64,000 nucleotides of DNA from Geosiphon pyriformis uo1 (taxonomy: Eukaryota; Fungi; Glomeromycota): positions 124,001-188,000 of the forward strand of contig JAAOMT010000400.1 in the NCBI GenBank assembly GCA_016748015.1, given 5' to 3'. This document shows positions 13,880 to 28,400 of the stretch, piece after piece (the stretch's first letter is position 1; the number at the start of each line of letters is the position of its first letter). The notes beneath the pieces are model-generated. The model saw nothing but the letters and a program-made list of their open reading frames with translations, searched no databases and was not told where the DNA came from. The translations under genes were made by a program, and so were the position numbers.

Positions 13880-15427
13880 TATTACTAATCGAAACTTAAA
13901 ATATTATTTAACATAAAATTATTTTTATAATTTCTATTATTAATTAGCATATATTATTATTTTAATTTATTACTTATTATCTTATCAAATTATCTAAATT
14001 ATTATTCAATTAATAACCTGATTTGTATAGGACACAAATATAATCAAATTGCAAAAATTAAATTATGCAATACACTGAACTATATAATATTTAAAATTAC
14101 CAAAATATTAAGAAAAAAAAAGTGTTAGATTATAAAATAATACTATAACAAGTTATATAAAAAAAAGCTTTTCTTTTTGAAAAATGTATCTTAGTTAGAA
14201 TTAATTTTCTATTAGATATTTTTTTTACAAATCAACTCCAATAAAACTTATAAAATTTTTTAATTATTTTTGTTTTAAAATTAACTATTTTATACTAATA
14301 TTTTGAAATTGATTAGCTATTAATTTTAATAAACTGTTAATAATTTTTAAATCTGGATGTGAAATTACTTTTTTAATATTTTTTATAATATTTTTTTTAT
14401 ATTATTGAATAGTATTACAGATAATTATTTGAAATTTTAAAATAAATAATAAATCTATAACTTGGTATTTAATAATTAATTATGTTGTTGATAATTTCTG
14501 AAAATTTTATAATTTGAAGATTTTGGTTGAGTTTTTTGTATAATAAACAAAAATTCAAATAGTGGTTTCTTTCTAAATTTTTTTCTTTTACATAAAAACT
14601 AGTTTAATTTGGCAGTTGTATTTTTTTAATAAAGTATTTTTAAGTTTTCATTTTTGTTTCATAGATCTTTTATTTGACTATTTTTGATATTAATATTTTA
14701 GTACTTAATTTTTTAATCAATATAGTAAACAACAAAAAAAAATTAAAATTTAAAATTTTATCTATAATTATAATTAAAAGTTATTGTTCTAATGTATTTA
14801 AGTATTGAATTTTATTAACATAAATTGTTGATAAGATAAAAGTAATAAGTATTTTTAATCACTTAATAATAACATAGATTAGATAGTAAATAATTATTTT
14901 ATTAATATAGATATGCTTTTACTTTAAGATATAAAAAACTATTTTTTGAAGAAAGAAATATTTTTTAAATATTTATTATTAACTATTGGTTTTTTAGCTA
15001 TTTGTTTTTTCTTATTTTTAATTTTACTACTATATATATCTAATTTTTATTATATAAAATTTCTCTTATTATTACACTTATTTTCTATTGATTATTATTA
15101 ATTATTATAATTCTTATTTTTTATAAGTAATAATAGCTTATAGTTGACTTTTACAGCAAAGTAACTATATATATTTTTGAAAAATTTACAAACAAAATTT
15201 TTTTATAAAAAAGTTAACTTTTATTACAAAATAATTATATAAATAATTAGCACAAAATTGGTTATTTTATTATAAGCCCAATAGCAAATATAGTTTAAAA
15301 GATAAAATAATATTTTAAAAAAAAAATTAACTTATTAAAAGTTTACAAACTTTTATTAACAGCAGAATTACCAAAAAAACAGTATTAACAACATTAAAAA
15401 AAAAGGATAAAAAAACTTTTAATAATA
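13880..15427 (+). mobile_element. Degenerate solo LTR (family A) interrupted by another solo LTR
   Basis: Colinear with 9417-10386. Termini TATTACT...AATAATA. Flanks ATAA/GTGG differ only by G>A transitions (mutated TSD). Confidence 0.8.
14413..15132 (-). mobile_element. Degenerate solo LTR (family D-related) nested inside a family A LTR
   Basis: Starts TATTACAGATAATTATTTG, like 2851, and ends AGTAATA. 4-bp TSD ATAG at 14409-14412 and 15133-15136. Confidence 0.78.
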
Positions 15428-18400
15428 GTGGTAATTATTTTAGCAGTGACAATATAATTAATTTAGTAATTTAATTGGTCTATAAATTATTTTATAATAA
15501 TATTAACAGTTAATTTACTGTTAAGTATTAATTTAATGTTTATCTGTTTTACTTAGACATTAATGTATATTATTATAATAAATTTATTTTGGGTAATAAC
15601 AGTTTTTTTAAAGAGATCTTAAGTGTATAAGTTATTAATAACAAATAAAAATATAATTGTTAAAGTTTTATTTTCAATTGTAACTAGAAAAATTATTTTA
15701 AAAATAACTTAATTGTTAAAAAAAAAGGAAAGATTGGTAATTTTAATTATAGTTTTTTTTTAAAGACATAATATTATCAAAATTTTGAGTTTTAGTAAGA
15801 TTAAAATATAAAGTTTGATTGAAATATTCAGTTAATAATACTTGGAATAATAGATTATTACAATTTATATTTTAAAAAAGTATTGTTATAAGTTAAGTTT
15901 AATTTTTATTGTTGTTTTACTATCTTTAATTATAGTTAATAGCTTTAGATTTTAGACTGCTGTATTGTAAAATTTAATACTATAATTAAAATTACACTAT
16001 TATTTGAGAATATTAATAATAATTTAATAGTGTTTAATATATATATTGTGATTGTTAATACTGTAATAAAAGATATTAATGTCTGATTGATTGTAAATAT
16101 CTTGGTTATTATTAATATTAGTTTTCACAATTCTAATTCAATATTTTTTATAGCAATTCTAATCTAATATTTTTTATAGCAATTCTTTGCAATATAATCA
16201 GATTTATAATAATAATAACAATTACAGAGATTTTATTTTTACAGCTGTTATTGCTATTGGTATTATTGTTGTTATTGATACTTTGAATCAATATTATTCT
16301 TTTAGTACTGTAAAAACTGATATGTTTTTAAATTTTTTGTAAAAAATTTTTCAATTTTCTGAAATAACTTTTTACTTAATTAAATAAGCTTTGTATTAAT
16401 ATTAGAAATTCTATTTATAACTAGATTAACAGCTTGAATGTAATTTGTTTTTTGTTTTATTGATTTAAAGTTGTGAGCAAGTATTACTGTATCTTATAAA
16501 CTTTTAGAATAATAGAACTTAACAACTAAAAAATACTGTTTTTTAATTTTTTAATAAATTGATTAAAATTTGACCAAATATATAATAATTTTATTTAATA
16601 GATTAAATTTAACAGAGAGTTTAATTGAATTGTCTGAGATAAAGAATTATAGCTTTATAATCTTTTTGTTTTATAATGCTAAATTAATTTTATAATTTAA
16701 TTAAAGTATTTGAATCACAAAAATATTGTAAAAAAACAAGTTTAAAAACAATAAAACCAGTTAATTTTTTATTAAAACTTTAATACTATGAATTAGCAGT
16801 TTTAGTTAAAAAAAAAAATAATGCTTAAATGGTTCTAATATTATTTTAATTGTTGATTATAATTGTTTTTTTAGCTTTTACAATTTAAATATAAGCATAT
16901 TTTTTTTTTCAAGAATTTTTTTAATCTAATAATGTTTTAATAAGTTATAACAGATATGATAAAAAATTGTTTGTTTGTTAATAAAGAAAAAATTGGCAGC
17001 AGTATGTTTAGTTGTTTAATTAAACTTAATGTTCATTGTTTTTTTTTATTAATTGTTGCAATATATTAAAATAGTAATATTTTTCTTAAAAAAAAATTTT
17101 GATTTAGCTAGTAATTATAATATTTGTTGTTCTTAAGTAGCAGTATTTAAAAAAATGAGTTTTGTTGTTAGAATAAGATTTTTAAATAGAATTTTGTATT
17201 TTTCCAATAATTTAATTTAGAAATTTCTGTTAAAGTTTTAAAGATAAAATTTTTAAGATGTTTTTAAAGTTTTGGGCTATAATTTGGTAGATTAATTAAA
17301 TAATATTCTACTTTCTGAAGTTTAATAATATAATAATGTTGTTAATAATAAAAAGCTTGACTTTTTGCTAATAATAAGTTGCAGTTTTTCTTGTTTAATT
17401 TGTTGTTAAATATTGTTTTTGGTGTCTAACTTAAATTTCTTGGCAAAAATTTTTGTGTTGTAATTTTTTTTAAGTTATAAATAATGATTTTGTATATATA
17501 TTTCAATTTTTTTGTCAATAAAAAGAAGAGTTTTTATAATTGTTTTTTTAGTAATTAAAATTAAATATAATAGTAAATTTTAATGAATTTGTTTTTTGAG
17601 TTTTTTAATAATAGTTAATCTTGACATATATATAATAATAAAAATTACTTTTAACAGCAAATATTTTTTCTAGAATTTTTAAATCTTTTTGAAAGTGTTA
17701 ATATAATGCTCTTTTAAAAAGTGAATAAATTTTTATTATTATTTTAATAGTTACTACTTTATAAGTTTTTTGAATGTTTTGTCTTTATAGATTTATAATC
17801 TCACAAAGAACACCAAATGTTATAAATAAACTTAATAGAAGATGTTTATAATATTTAATACTCATAATTTAATATTAGAAATAAATTGATTTTAAATAAT
17901 TGGTTTTGATAGTAAAGTTAATTATAAATCTTTAAAAATTTTTCTGTTTAAAATTTTATTTGTTAAGTTTTTTTGTTATAAGACATAAAAATGTTGTTTT
18001 TTTAATTATATTGTTATAATTGTGTATTTTTTTAAGCTAATTAAGCACAGTTACTAAAGTTTGGTATTGTTTTTTTACTTTTTTAGTAAGTTAACAAATA
18101 AAATTAATATTTAAACTTAAAAAAAACTTTTTTTTTTTACCAGATTATTACAAAGTTTATTTCTATACAGTCAATTTTTAATGTTACTGCTTCACAAAAA
18201 AAGAAAAAAAAAATTAAAAGAAAATTAAATAAAAATAAAATAAAAAATAAAAAATAAAAAAAAATAAAAAATAAAAAATAAAAAATTAATATCTTATTAA
18301 TTATTATAATCAAAAGTGATTGGTTTAAGTTGTTAAAATTCCAAAAACGTTTATGTTAATTGTATTTGGTTTGGAACAAAGATAAAAAAAACAATTAATC

Positions 18401-18850
18401 AGAACTTAATAATTAAGTATTTTATAATTATAAACTTAGGGATTTAAACAATAATATTTTATTTAGTAAAGTTAAAATATAGTAGATAAAAGAGTTTTTA
18501 AGATTAAAAATAAGATAAAAATATTAATTAAATTCTTGTATGTTTTGTTTTTTTTATTTGCTAAAATTACTTATTTTTATACATATTTTTTAATTCTATA
18601 AGATTATTTTTAATTGTTTGTTATTATTAGCTATCACTTATTATTTTAATTATTGCTTTATTTTTTTATATTATAACTAGTTATTCTATGTTTTTATCAA
18701 TTATTCTGTGCTATTTTATGTTATTATGTATTATTTTGTATTATTTTGAATTATTCTGTATTATTTTATATTATCATGTTTTTTTCATGTTATTAAATAG
18801 TAATTACGTTTTTTTTAATAGTTTCAAATTGGTTTTTTATTCAAGTAATA

Positions 18851-21800
18851 CTATTCAATCCAATTAATAACAATAAACAAAAAACAATAGATTTTAAAAA
18901 CTACAACAATTTTAAACAATATTTAAAAACATTTATTATACCAAAAACTAAGTTTTTTAATAAAAAACATTGATTTCAAAATCAAACAAAACAATACTTC
19001 TTATATAATAATATTATTTACTATTAAAATTATAAAAACTTAAACAATTTACTTAGAGTAATCTAAAAATATATAAAAAAACAATCTTATATAATATATA
19101 TTTAAATTTCTTATTAGTATATTTCAAAAAAAACAATACAAACCAAAAAATATTAAAACATTATTTTTGGTCTCAAATAAAAAAAATATTTACTAATATG
19201 TCGAATTTTGTAATGATTATTAAAGAAAAAGAAAAATACATTTTATAAAACTCTTAAATCTAATTAAAATTAGACAATTTTTTAATTAAATTAGTATTAA
19301 TTTAGTTAGATCACTATTTATTACAACTTAAAAAACCAATATATTATAGTTGTAATAAATTATCTAACAAAATGGCCAGAAGCAAAAGTAATATAACAAA
19401 CAAATACAAATTAATTGTAAATTTTATTTATAAAAACATTATTTATAAACATAAATATTTAATTAAACTTTTATTCAATTAAGAAACATATTTTATAAAC
19501 AAACTAATATAAAAAATTTGTGAACAATTCAATGTTAAAAGATTTTTATTTTTGTCTTATTATTTACAGACAAATAGACTTGTAAAATGTTTTAACAAAA
19601 CACTTAGTGAATTATTAGCCAAAGTTTCAACAGATTTTGAGCAAGAATAAAATTTTTTTATTCTATTAATGTTATTAGCATATAAAATACCAAAACAAAA
19701 TACAATAAAACACATATTATTTAACTTAATTTATAATAGAACAGTAATATTACCAATTAATTTTATAATAGAATTCTATCTAATTTAATTAATTATAGAG
19801 AACAATTTTCAGAAAACACTACAAAGAAAAGTCTATATATTTTTTAGTTTATTAAAAAGAAAATAATAAATTATAACTATTTATATAGAATATTTTTAAG
19901 CTTAACAAAAAAAATAACATAACAATAAACTGTTATTAGGTATCAACAAATTTAAAATTAAAAACAAAGTTTTCTTACACAGAACTAAGGCTAAAAAACA
20001 ATAAAATAAAAAATTTAATCATAAATAAGATGGATTATTTTATATATATAAAATTCTAGAAAATATATTATATAAGTTAAAACTTAATAATAAGATTTTA
20101 AAAAAAGTTATATATAATAACAAACTTAAATATTATTATTTTAAAACCAATTCCGAACTCTTTGTTTTATAAATTAGTACATAATTCTTTTTAATTAACT
20201 TTAAAAATATTTCTTAAAACTTAAAACTAATAATTATTGTTAAACAATATTTAAACTTAAATATTTAAAATTATTTTCTTTTATTTAATTCTTATCTAGT
20301 CAAAATAATTCTACCAAAAATATTTAAAAATTACATAAAAAAACAAATACAAAAATAATATAAAAATTTACATATTAAAAATTATTTTATTTTATTTATT
20401 TTTTAGTTAATTATTATAACTATTTTTTAAAATATTTAATAATTATTCCAAAAATTAATGTTAATTTTAAAAACACTATTTAAATTATCTATAACTATTA
20501 CTAAAAAACACATTAATTATATTCAAACAAAATTTGCTATAATTTTAAAAACAAATACATAAAACTATTATTCTTATAAAAAAACACAAAAAATTATTTA
20601 AAATTTATTTACCAAAACTTTTAAAGCAAACTTTAAGAGAGAATTTAATATTTATTTCTATTAATATTTTATTAATATCACAATTCAACAAAAATTTTAA
20701 CAGTGTCTTAATAATTAAAACAATAAATATTTTTCAATTTATAAATATTTCTATATTAAAATAACACTTTATAAAAAAAAACTGGAGCTTAAAACAACAA
20801 ACTTTACAACTAAAGTTATTTAAAAACAAATTAACAATAAATTTAAAATAGCAGCTAGATTAACAAATGTTTATTACAAACTTAAAACAGTTTTTAAATC
20901 TTATAACCTATTTTATACTTGTAAAAATATTTTATAAAACTCAGTTTTACAACTTTTAAAAATTTTATATATTAAAAAGCTCATAAAATTAAAATTTTAA
21001 CAATTTTTAGACCAAATTTTTTCATAATTTTGAATTACTATCTAAAAATTAAAAACAGTATTTGAAGTTTAATAGAACTTAGTCTTAAAAAGAAGGTTAT
21101 ATTACTAATTAAAATTTAAAATAATAATTAGCATAAAATTATTTTTATAATTTTTATTATTAATTAGTATATATTATTATTTTAAATTATTAGTTATTAT
21201 CTTATTAAATTATCCAAGTTATTATTTAATTAATAATTTAAATTACAAATATAACCAAATTATAATAATTAAATCATATAATATATTAAATTATATAATA
21301 TTTAAAATTTACTAAAATATTTAATAATTTGATAAAATATTTAATAGTTTATTAAAATAATCTATGGTTTACAAAAATAACTTATAATTTGACAAAATAT
21401 TTTAAAAAAAATGTATTAGATTATAATATAATATTATAATAAATTGTATAAAAAAAACTTCTCTTTTTAAAAAAATATATCTTAATTAAAATTAATTATT
21501 TTTTTTATAAATCAATTTTAATAAAAACTACTTTAAAAAACTTAAATTCTTTAATTATTATTATTTTCAAATTAATTTTTTTATACTAATATTTTGAAAT
21601 TGATTAGCTATTAATTTTAGTAACTATTAACAACTTTCAAACCTGAATTCAAAACAATTTTCTTAACATATTTTCTTATTTTTTTTTTAGTTTATTTTTT
21701 TTTCTTTTTTTATGTTTTTTTATATTATTAAATAATCTATAGTTAAGATTTTTTGTAAAAAAGTTGATTTTTACAGCAAAATAACTACATATACTTTTAA

Positions 21801-22042
21801 AAAACTTAAAAACAAAATTTTTTGTAAAAGAGTTAATTTTTGCTGTAAAGTAATTATATAAATAATTAATACAAAATTGGTTATTCTATTATAAACCCAA
21901 TAACATATATAGTTTAAAGTATAAAAAAATACTTTTAAAAAAAATTAGCTTATCAAAAATTTATTAATTTCTATTAACAGCAAAATTAATAACAAATAAT
22001 ATTAACAATATTAAGAAAAAAATAAAAAAATCTCTAATAATA
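18851..22042 (+). mobile_element. Degenerate Ty3/Gypsy 3' part: integrase, polypurine tract and 3' LTR (family A, 21100-22042)
   Basis: Relic integrase motifs: HHCC region (..YFWSQ..VEFCND), I(D)LV(G)..(D)YLTKWPEAK at ~19290-19390, and a GPY/F-like region at ~19950-20130. Purine tract AAAAAGAAGG lies just before the LTR. Confidence 0.8.
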
Positions 22043-24286
22043 CCAAAAAAAGAGTTTTTTTTTCTAATTATTGGCTTAATATTTGCTGAATTACAATTAA
22101 AAAAAGTATAATTACACTTATTACAACTTAAGCAAACTGTTAAAATCAAACAAAATCAATAAAATATTATTTTATTTATAACAAAAACTACAATTATTGT
22201 TCTAAACAAGCTTTTTTTTAAATTAAAATACACAATAATATACTTAGTGTAAAAATAACTAACAAAACTTTAATTAATTACACAAGTTTTTTTATCAATC
22301 AGACTAATAAAATTCCAAAGATTATAAATAGTTATTTTTATTACAAGAATATAAAACAAAACTCTATACTTGTTTTTAAAATCTTAAAATTGCTTATTAA
22401 TATTAATTCTAATTACATAAATTGTTTTTTTTAATAAAAATAGACTATTTAAATGTCAAAAAATTGGCTTGATTTTAATTATCTAATTTTATAATTGTTT
22501 TTTGTTATGGTATTTTAATTGATTTAATAAGACCAAAATTAGTAAATACAGTTTGTATAATTTTTAATAATATTTTTTTACAAATTTTTTTTTAATTATT
22601 ACTGCTTAATTTGTTTAATTGTTTATTAAATACTTAAAATTAATATTTATTATAATATTTTTATTATTTGTTAAACTTGTTGCAATTATATTGTCTTTTA
22701 AGAAATAAAAAATATTTAAATTATTTTATTAAATTTTAAGAGAATAGAAGCTTTTTTAAACCTATTTATATTAAAGAAGAAATTTTTAATAGTCTTTAAT
22801 TTTATTTAAGATGATTTCTTAAATATTGCTAAAAAATTAATATTGAAAGCAAAAAACTTGTAAACTAAAATATTTACTAATAATTTTAGAAAAAAACAAA
22901 AAAAAAAAGCTGTCTAAATATTATTTTTATTATTACTATTAACATTAAAATCAATCTATTTAAAAGGTTTTTAAGCACATACTTTATAACAGTCTTTTTG
23001 GTTCTTTAAAAGTTATGTTAACATTTTTATGCTTTGACTTTTTATTATTATTAAACTGAAAACTGGTTTTTTCTACAAAAAACTTCTTATTTATATTTAT
23101 ACTTTTTATATTAATAATATTTTTAGTATTTAAACCAGTTATTCTATCAGTTTTGAATATATTTTAAAAAATACCAATGGTGATTTCAATAACAGATTCT
23201 TTTAAAATATTATTTTATGTTTTTTTTTAGTAAACAAATCTAAAACTATTAAGCTAGTACTAATTTTTTTTTGGTTTTTTTTATATTCAAATTATTGTTA
23301 ATATTATTAATTTTGTAATTAAACTGAAAAAATTTTAAGATATCTAATTAAATAGCAAAAAATAAACAGAAATAAAAAAACTTTTTTCAAATTTATTGCA
23401 CTTTTTTAAAAATTAAGATGTAAAAAAAAAAAGTTTTTAGAATAACTTTTTGTATATATATGTTATTATAGATGTTTTTTCTTTTTTTAATAGTCATATT
23501 ATAATTAATTTCTACAGCTTTTTAAATCAAGTGATAATATAATAAATTATTTAATTTTAATACAGAAATAAGTATATTAGTCTTGATTAGTATTGCTTTT
23601 GATTTATGCTGAATTCTTGTTTAATATATTATTATTATTATTTTATTTAAGAATTTAAAGATTAACTTAGTAAATTTTCCTAATTTTCTAACAAGTATTA
23701 AATAATTTCTTCTGGTGAATGTTTTTGTTATTGAATTTAGTATGTGGTATAATATTTCTGTTAAAATTACTATTGGTAACTACTACTATGCTAGTTTTCT
23801 AAGAAAAATTCCTATTATATTTTTATATTTTCAATTATGTTTTTTTTTGAAACTTTTATAGAGATACTCTTTTTTATTTTATGCTAATATTAGATGTCTG
23901 TATTTTTTGCTTTTAATAAAATGGTATTCTATTTTTAATAAATTTAAAAAGAATTAAAAATAAAAAATAGAATTCAACAAAATTAGTATTTGTAAAATAA
24001 TCTTGATTAATAATTATTTTTTCAGATTTTTAAATCAACTATTGATTTTGGCCAAAATATTACAAAAATTTTCTAAGTGATTTTATGTATTTAATATCTT
24101 TTTAATGTGTTTTTAATCTTGTTAAGCTTAGGTTTTATTCATGCTTTTATTGGTATATTAAATGTTTTTATTATTGTTTTTTTTTAATAAAAAAATGATA
24201 GTAGAAAAAGATAATGGCTCTTTTAGTCATTTATAAACGACTAAATTATAAAAGTAAAAGATCTCCAATTTTATTAATCTTAATAT

Positions 24287-24530
24287 TGTTACAGTTGAAA
24301 CCCATACTTTTTATTAATTATTACATATATTAGCCATTGATGTTATATAATTAGCTACCCTATTTTTAGATAGTAATTATTGACTTAATTATTAATTTGA
24401 TCAATAATCTGATTATTGACTTGATTATTGACTTGACCATTGACCTGATTATTAATTACTTTCAATAATTATATAAGTAATGAGTTTTTTAGCTATAGAA
24501 AAATATAATCAAAGTAACAAAATAAATTTA
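24287..24530 (-). repeat. Partial LTR (family C)
   Basis: Reverse complement of the end of 38554-39279, including the 12-bp repeats; starts TGTTACAG. Confidence 0.75.
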
Positions 24531-25490
24531 GTGTTTTTGGTTTCTTTTTTTTTCTTTTTTATTTCGATTAATTTAATAATTTTAGATTAAAATTTGAATT
24601 TGGATGTAGTTTTAGATGAATTGCAAGTGTTATTCTTTTTTTATCATTAAAAATTGCCAAAGTTTTAATTTTAGGTTCTAACAGCTTTAAGATTTTAACT
24701 ATTAAAATAAGCAGTTTAGAATCAAAAATAGTAACTCTTAAAATTTCTGTTAATTTTATTCTAGTAACATTGGATTAGTTGTGTATTGGCTTAGATTCTA
24801 TGGTTTTTTACTCATTTTAATAAATAGTTTAATATAAAAAATTGTTATCTATAATATTAAGAGTATAAACAATGAAACTAAGCAGAGTAATATTGTTAAG
24901 TAACATAAAATAAATGGTAATTTAGTCTTATTTATTATAAAAACTAAGCTAAAATTGAATATCAAACTATAAATTAAAGACAAATTTAATAAGATTTATG
25001 TATTTAGCTCTGGCTTGAATAAAGATTTTATGAGTTTTGGTGTTACTTTAGTTGTGAATAATTTTTTGGCTTATTATGCTTTTAAGATTTTAAAAATTTT
25101 TAGTTGGTTTATTTTTGTTCAGTTTTTGTTTAAAAACAAGATTTTAGTTTATGTTATTAAGCTGTATATAAGTGTTATAGCTGGCACTAAATTTTTTTAA
25201 GTAAATAATATTTTTAGTTTTATAGGTAAGACTGTAAATACTAGTATTTATGTAATCTTAAAGATAATTTTAATAAAGATAGCTTTAAGCAAAGTGTTAT
25301 TTTTAAAAAATATCTTAATTTGAGCTTATATAACTTACTTTCTAAAAATTCTGCTATAAAGTTTTTAATGTAAAGCAACTTTAAAAATTCTAAAAAGACA
25401 ATTAATTATATTTTTATTAATAAGTATTATTTAACAACAATAATAAGTCAAAAATTTTTAAAAGTTTCTATATGTTTTAATACTAATTAT

Positions 25491-28400
25491 TGTTACTTAA
25501 GTAAAAAAATCAATCCAAAAACTATGAAAAAAACATAATTAAAATATAATAACATAAAAAAAAAAAATAATAATAAAAAAATAATAAAAAAACTTCTTTT
25601 TCTCTTACCTCCAAAAATTCTCAAAAAAGTGCATTTTCTATGAAAAGAAGTTTTTTTGTTTTTTTAGTTTATATCAATATTTCTTTACTTAATAATAACC
25701 CATTTTTCGTGGATATGAAGGCTACTGCTAGTAGCACTATATCTAAAAAGAAGGCTCCTAAGAGTGCTTTTCATGGTTCTGCTGATGGTTTCTTTTCTCA
25801 GAAGAAGAAAGTTGTTCTTGGTAATGTCAAACACTCTAGTAATAAAAAAAATATATCCTTGAGCAGATCTGGATCAAGTGATAGTGTTTATTCTGATGTG
25901 GAAAATTTTTCTGGTAAAGATGAGGATGTTGGCATGTCTGGTGTGAATGGTAGGTTTCTTTTGGGTTTAGCTGCTACTATACTTAAGGCAAAATGAGTCA
26001 ACACTGGTGCTGTTTTTGGTTCTCCACTTGGCTCTCCCAACTTTTATATGAATGATAATGAAGTTGTGCTCTCACCTCACTTGCTTATCTCTCTTGACAA
26101 GAAATGGATTGACCCAAAAATTATCAAGACTTCTGTGGAAATGTCAATTAAAAAGTCATTTACTTTGGATATTAATTTCTCAGCTGTAGAAAGTAAATCT
26201 GCAATGGCAAAAACTTAGTTAATTAGAAAATTTTTTTCATCAGTCAATGGTTTTGGGGGGCCACTACCCCTTCAAAATTTGAAGAGATCATCTGATCTAT
26301 CTTTATTTCCGAAAAAAGCATGAATATGGCTGCGTCATTGGCCAGAGAAAAAGGGATTGATGTAAACAGTAATCTCAAAAAACAAGAAATCCATTCAGAT
26401 TAAATTGTGGTCATCAAAGAAATTCCCATAGATACACCAAAGGAAATGATCATCACTGCACTAGCTGAATTTGGCAAAATTAAGTCAATTAAAATCTAAC
26501 TGATTGAAATATGGCAAAAAGCTGTGGTAGAATTTGTTGAACTAAGTTAAACTGAACAATTGGTTGCTAAATGATTCTTTTTGATTAAGAAAGATTCTGT
26601 GTAAGTGGCTATGACTGTTGGCTTTGAATCTAAGAATACAATGGAATCTGTATATTACACTGAGCTGATATTTGGTGATGTCAAACTTTCTTGGGCTAGA
26701 CTGGATTTGGTTCATTGTAAAAGGTGTGGATTTCTTGGTTATTCTGCTTTGAAATGTGGTGCACCACTTGTGTCCACTTTTAAGTCTTCAAAAGTAGCTA
26801 GAAAAACCACTTCAAAAGAACATCATCTTCAGTTGGCTAAGTTGTATGTGAAGAAAACTGTTTCTATCTCTCATCCTGCCACCTTTGGTGACAAGTCATG
26901 GGCACAGGTTATGTTACTTAATTCTTCTTCTAATGGTTCTCTGTTTTGCATGGTTTCTTCAATGTTTTTTGGTGGTGGTTTGTTTCCTAATGCTAGAATT
27001 TTTTCAGTGATCTCTGTTCTCTCTAGTGACTCTGTTTTATGTAACTATTTGTCTTCTCTGGAGTGCTTTTTGGAGCTTTTAGCAGACCAAGTTTCTAATA
27101 TTTTAAAAAAGTTGAGCTATATTGAGTTGGTGCTTTTGGCATCTTCACTTTTTGTCCCTCCTTTTATTGCTTCTATATCTTTGGTGGTGGACATGAATTC
27201 GGATATGACTTTGAATGATGCTTTGATTGATCTCATTTTTCTTCCTGTGGTTGTTATTGATGCAGTTGCTGACATTAGTTTAAGTAGTTCTAAGGTTCTG
27301 ACCACCAAAGCAAGAGGTTTGGAATCCAAGATGGTGGCTCTAAAGATGTTGGTTGAGTCAGTTTTAGAGAGGTTGGATCAATTGTGTTCTGGTTTGGATT
27401 TGTTAGTTCCTCCTACTTCTCAATGAGTGAATTAGTTTGGAAATTTGCTACATGCAATATTAGAGGTATCAATGTCTCTGTGAAGCAGGAAGACATTGTT
27501 TGTTGGCATAAGGAATCAGGAAATATGGTTTCAATTGTTACAGAGACCAAGTTGAGATCTAATATTAGATCTTGGATCATGAATAAGTTTGATGAAGTTC
27601 AAATTTTCACTTCTGGTTTGGGTGTGAGTTTTTTTGGTGCTGGAGTTGCCATTATTATGAACAGTTTTTTGGCTCGGCATGTTTCAAAAGTAGACAAAAT
27701 TTCTGGTTGGCTGATTTCTGTTCATTTTTTGTTTAAGAACAAGCTTTCAGTCACAATCTTGAACTTGTATGCTGGTGCTTCTGTTAATATACATTTTAAC
27801 CAAGCCTTTTTTATCAACTCTTTGATCTCTAGAGTGGCCAATTTTAGTTTATTCATTGTTGTTGGAGATAACTTCAATGAAAATGGATCAAAGAAGAGTG
27901 CTAACTTCAAGTTCTGTTCAGACCTGAATCTGGTCAATATCTTTAATAGACATTCCTTAGCCAAAGCCCCTATTTGGAGTAATTCTAAGGGTGTTGAGAA
28001 GATGTTAGATTTTATTTTTGTGAGTGAGAATCTTGTTTCTATTGTTACATTGCATAAAGTCAATAACATGTTAAAATTTTTTGATACAGATTATAAGATT
28101 ATTTCAGTGATGGTTGATTTGGGAGAACTCTTGAATGCTTGCCTTAACAGTGCTCGCAAACAAACCAATCAAGACCAATAGAAGTTCAAGATAAGACATG
28201 CTAATGAGACTCTTTGGTTATATTTTAAAGAGTGGGTTTCTGTTAAGTTGGTGGTTAAGTCGAATGTGTTTGAGGACACAAGATATAATGGTGATTTGGA
28301 TGCAATGTGGATGATGCTAAAGAATGTTATAGTGCAGGCTGCTGATGTGGTGTTTTCTAAATATTGGTATAGTGCATTTGATTGTTCGAAAAACAAACAA

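Larger units (their letters stand above)
5110..18850 (-). mobile_element. Highly AT-degenerate Ty3/Gypsy element (family B) carrying nested insertions
   Basis: LTR at 17818-18850 (TGTTAT..GTAATA) with adjacent PBS. 5110-5340 is a direct repeat of 18390-18610 (partial second LTR). Minus-strand relics of gag/protease (~15.5-17.7 kb, similar to 500-2800) and of the integrase C-terminus (~6120-6320, KFKI..KAEKQ..GPFYI-like). Confidence 0.7.

Noticed and set aside
13880-22042. LTRs at 13880 and 21100 as the two ends of one element
   Set aside because: The 13880 copy has its own mutated TSD (ATAA/GTGG) and no PBS, so it is a solo LTR; much of the intervening DNA belongs to an opposite-strand element.
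5110-25500. Possible mitochondrial insertion or AT-rich endobacterial DNA
   Set aside because: Sequence resolves into nuclear TE relics with LTR termini, TSDs and integrase motifs; no organellar or bacterial genes seen.
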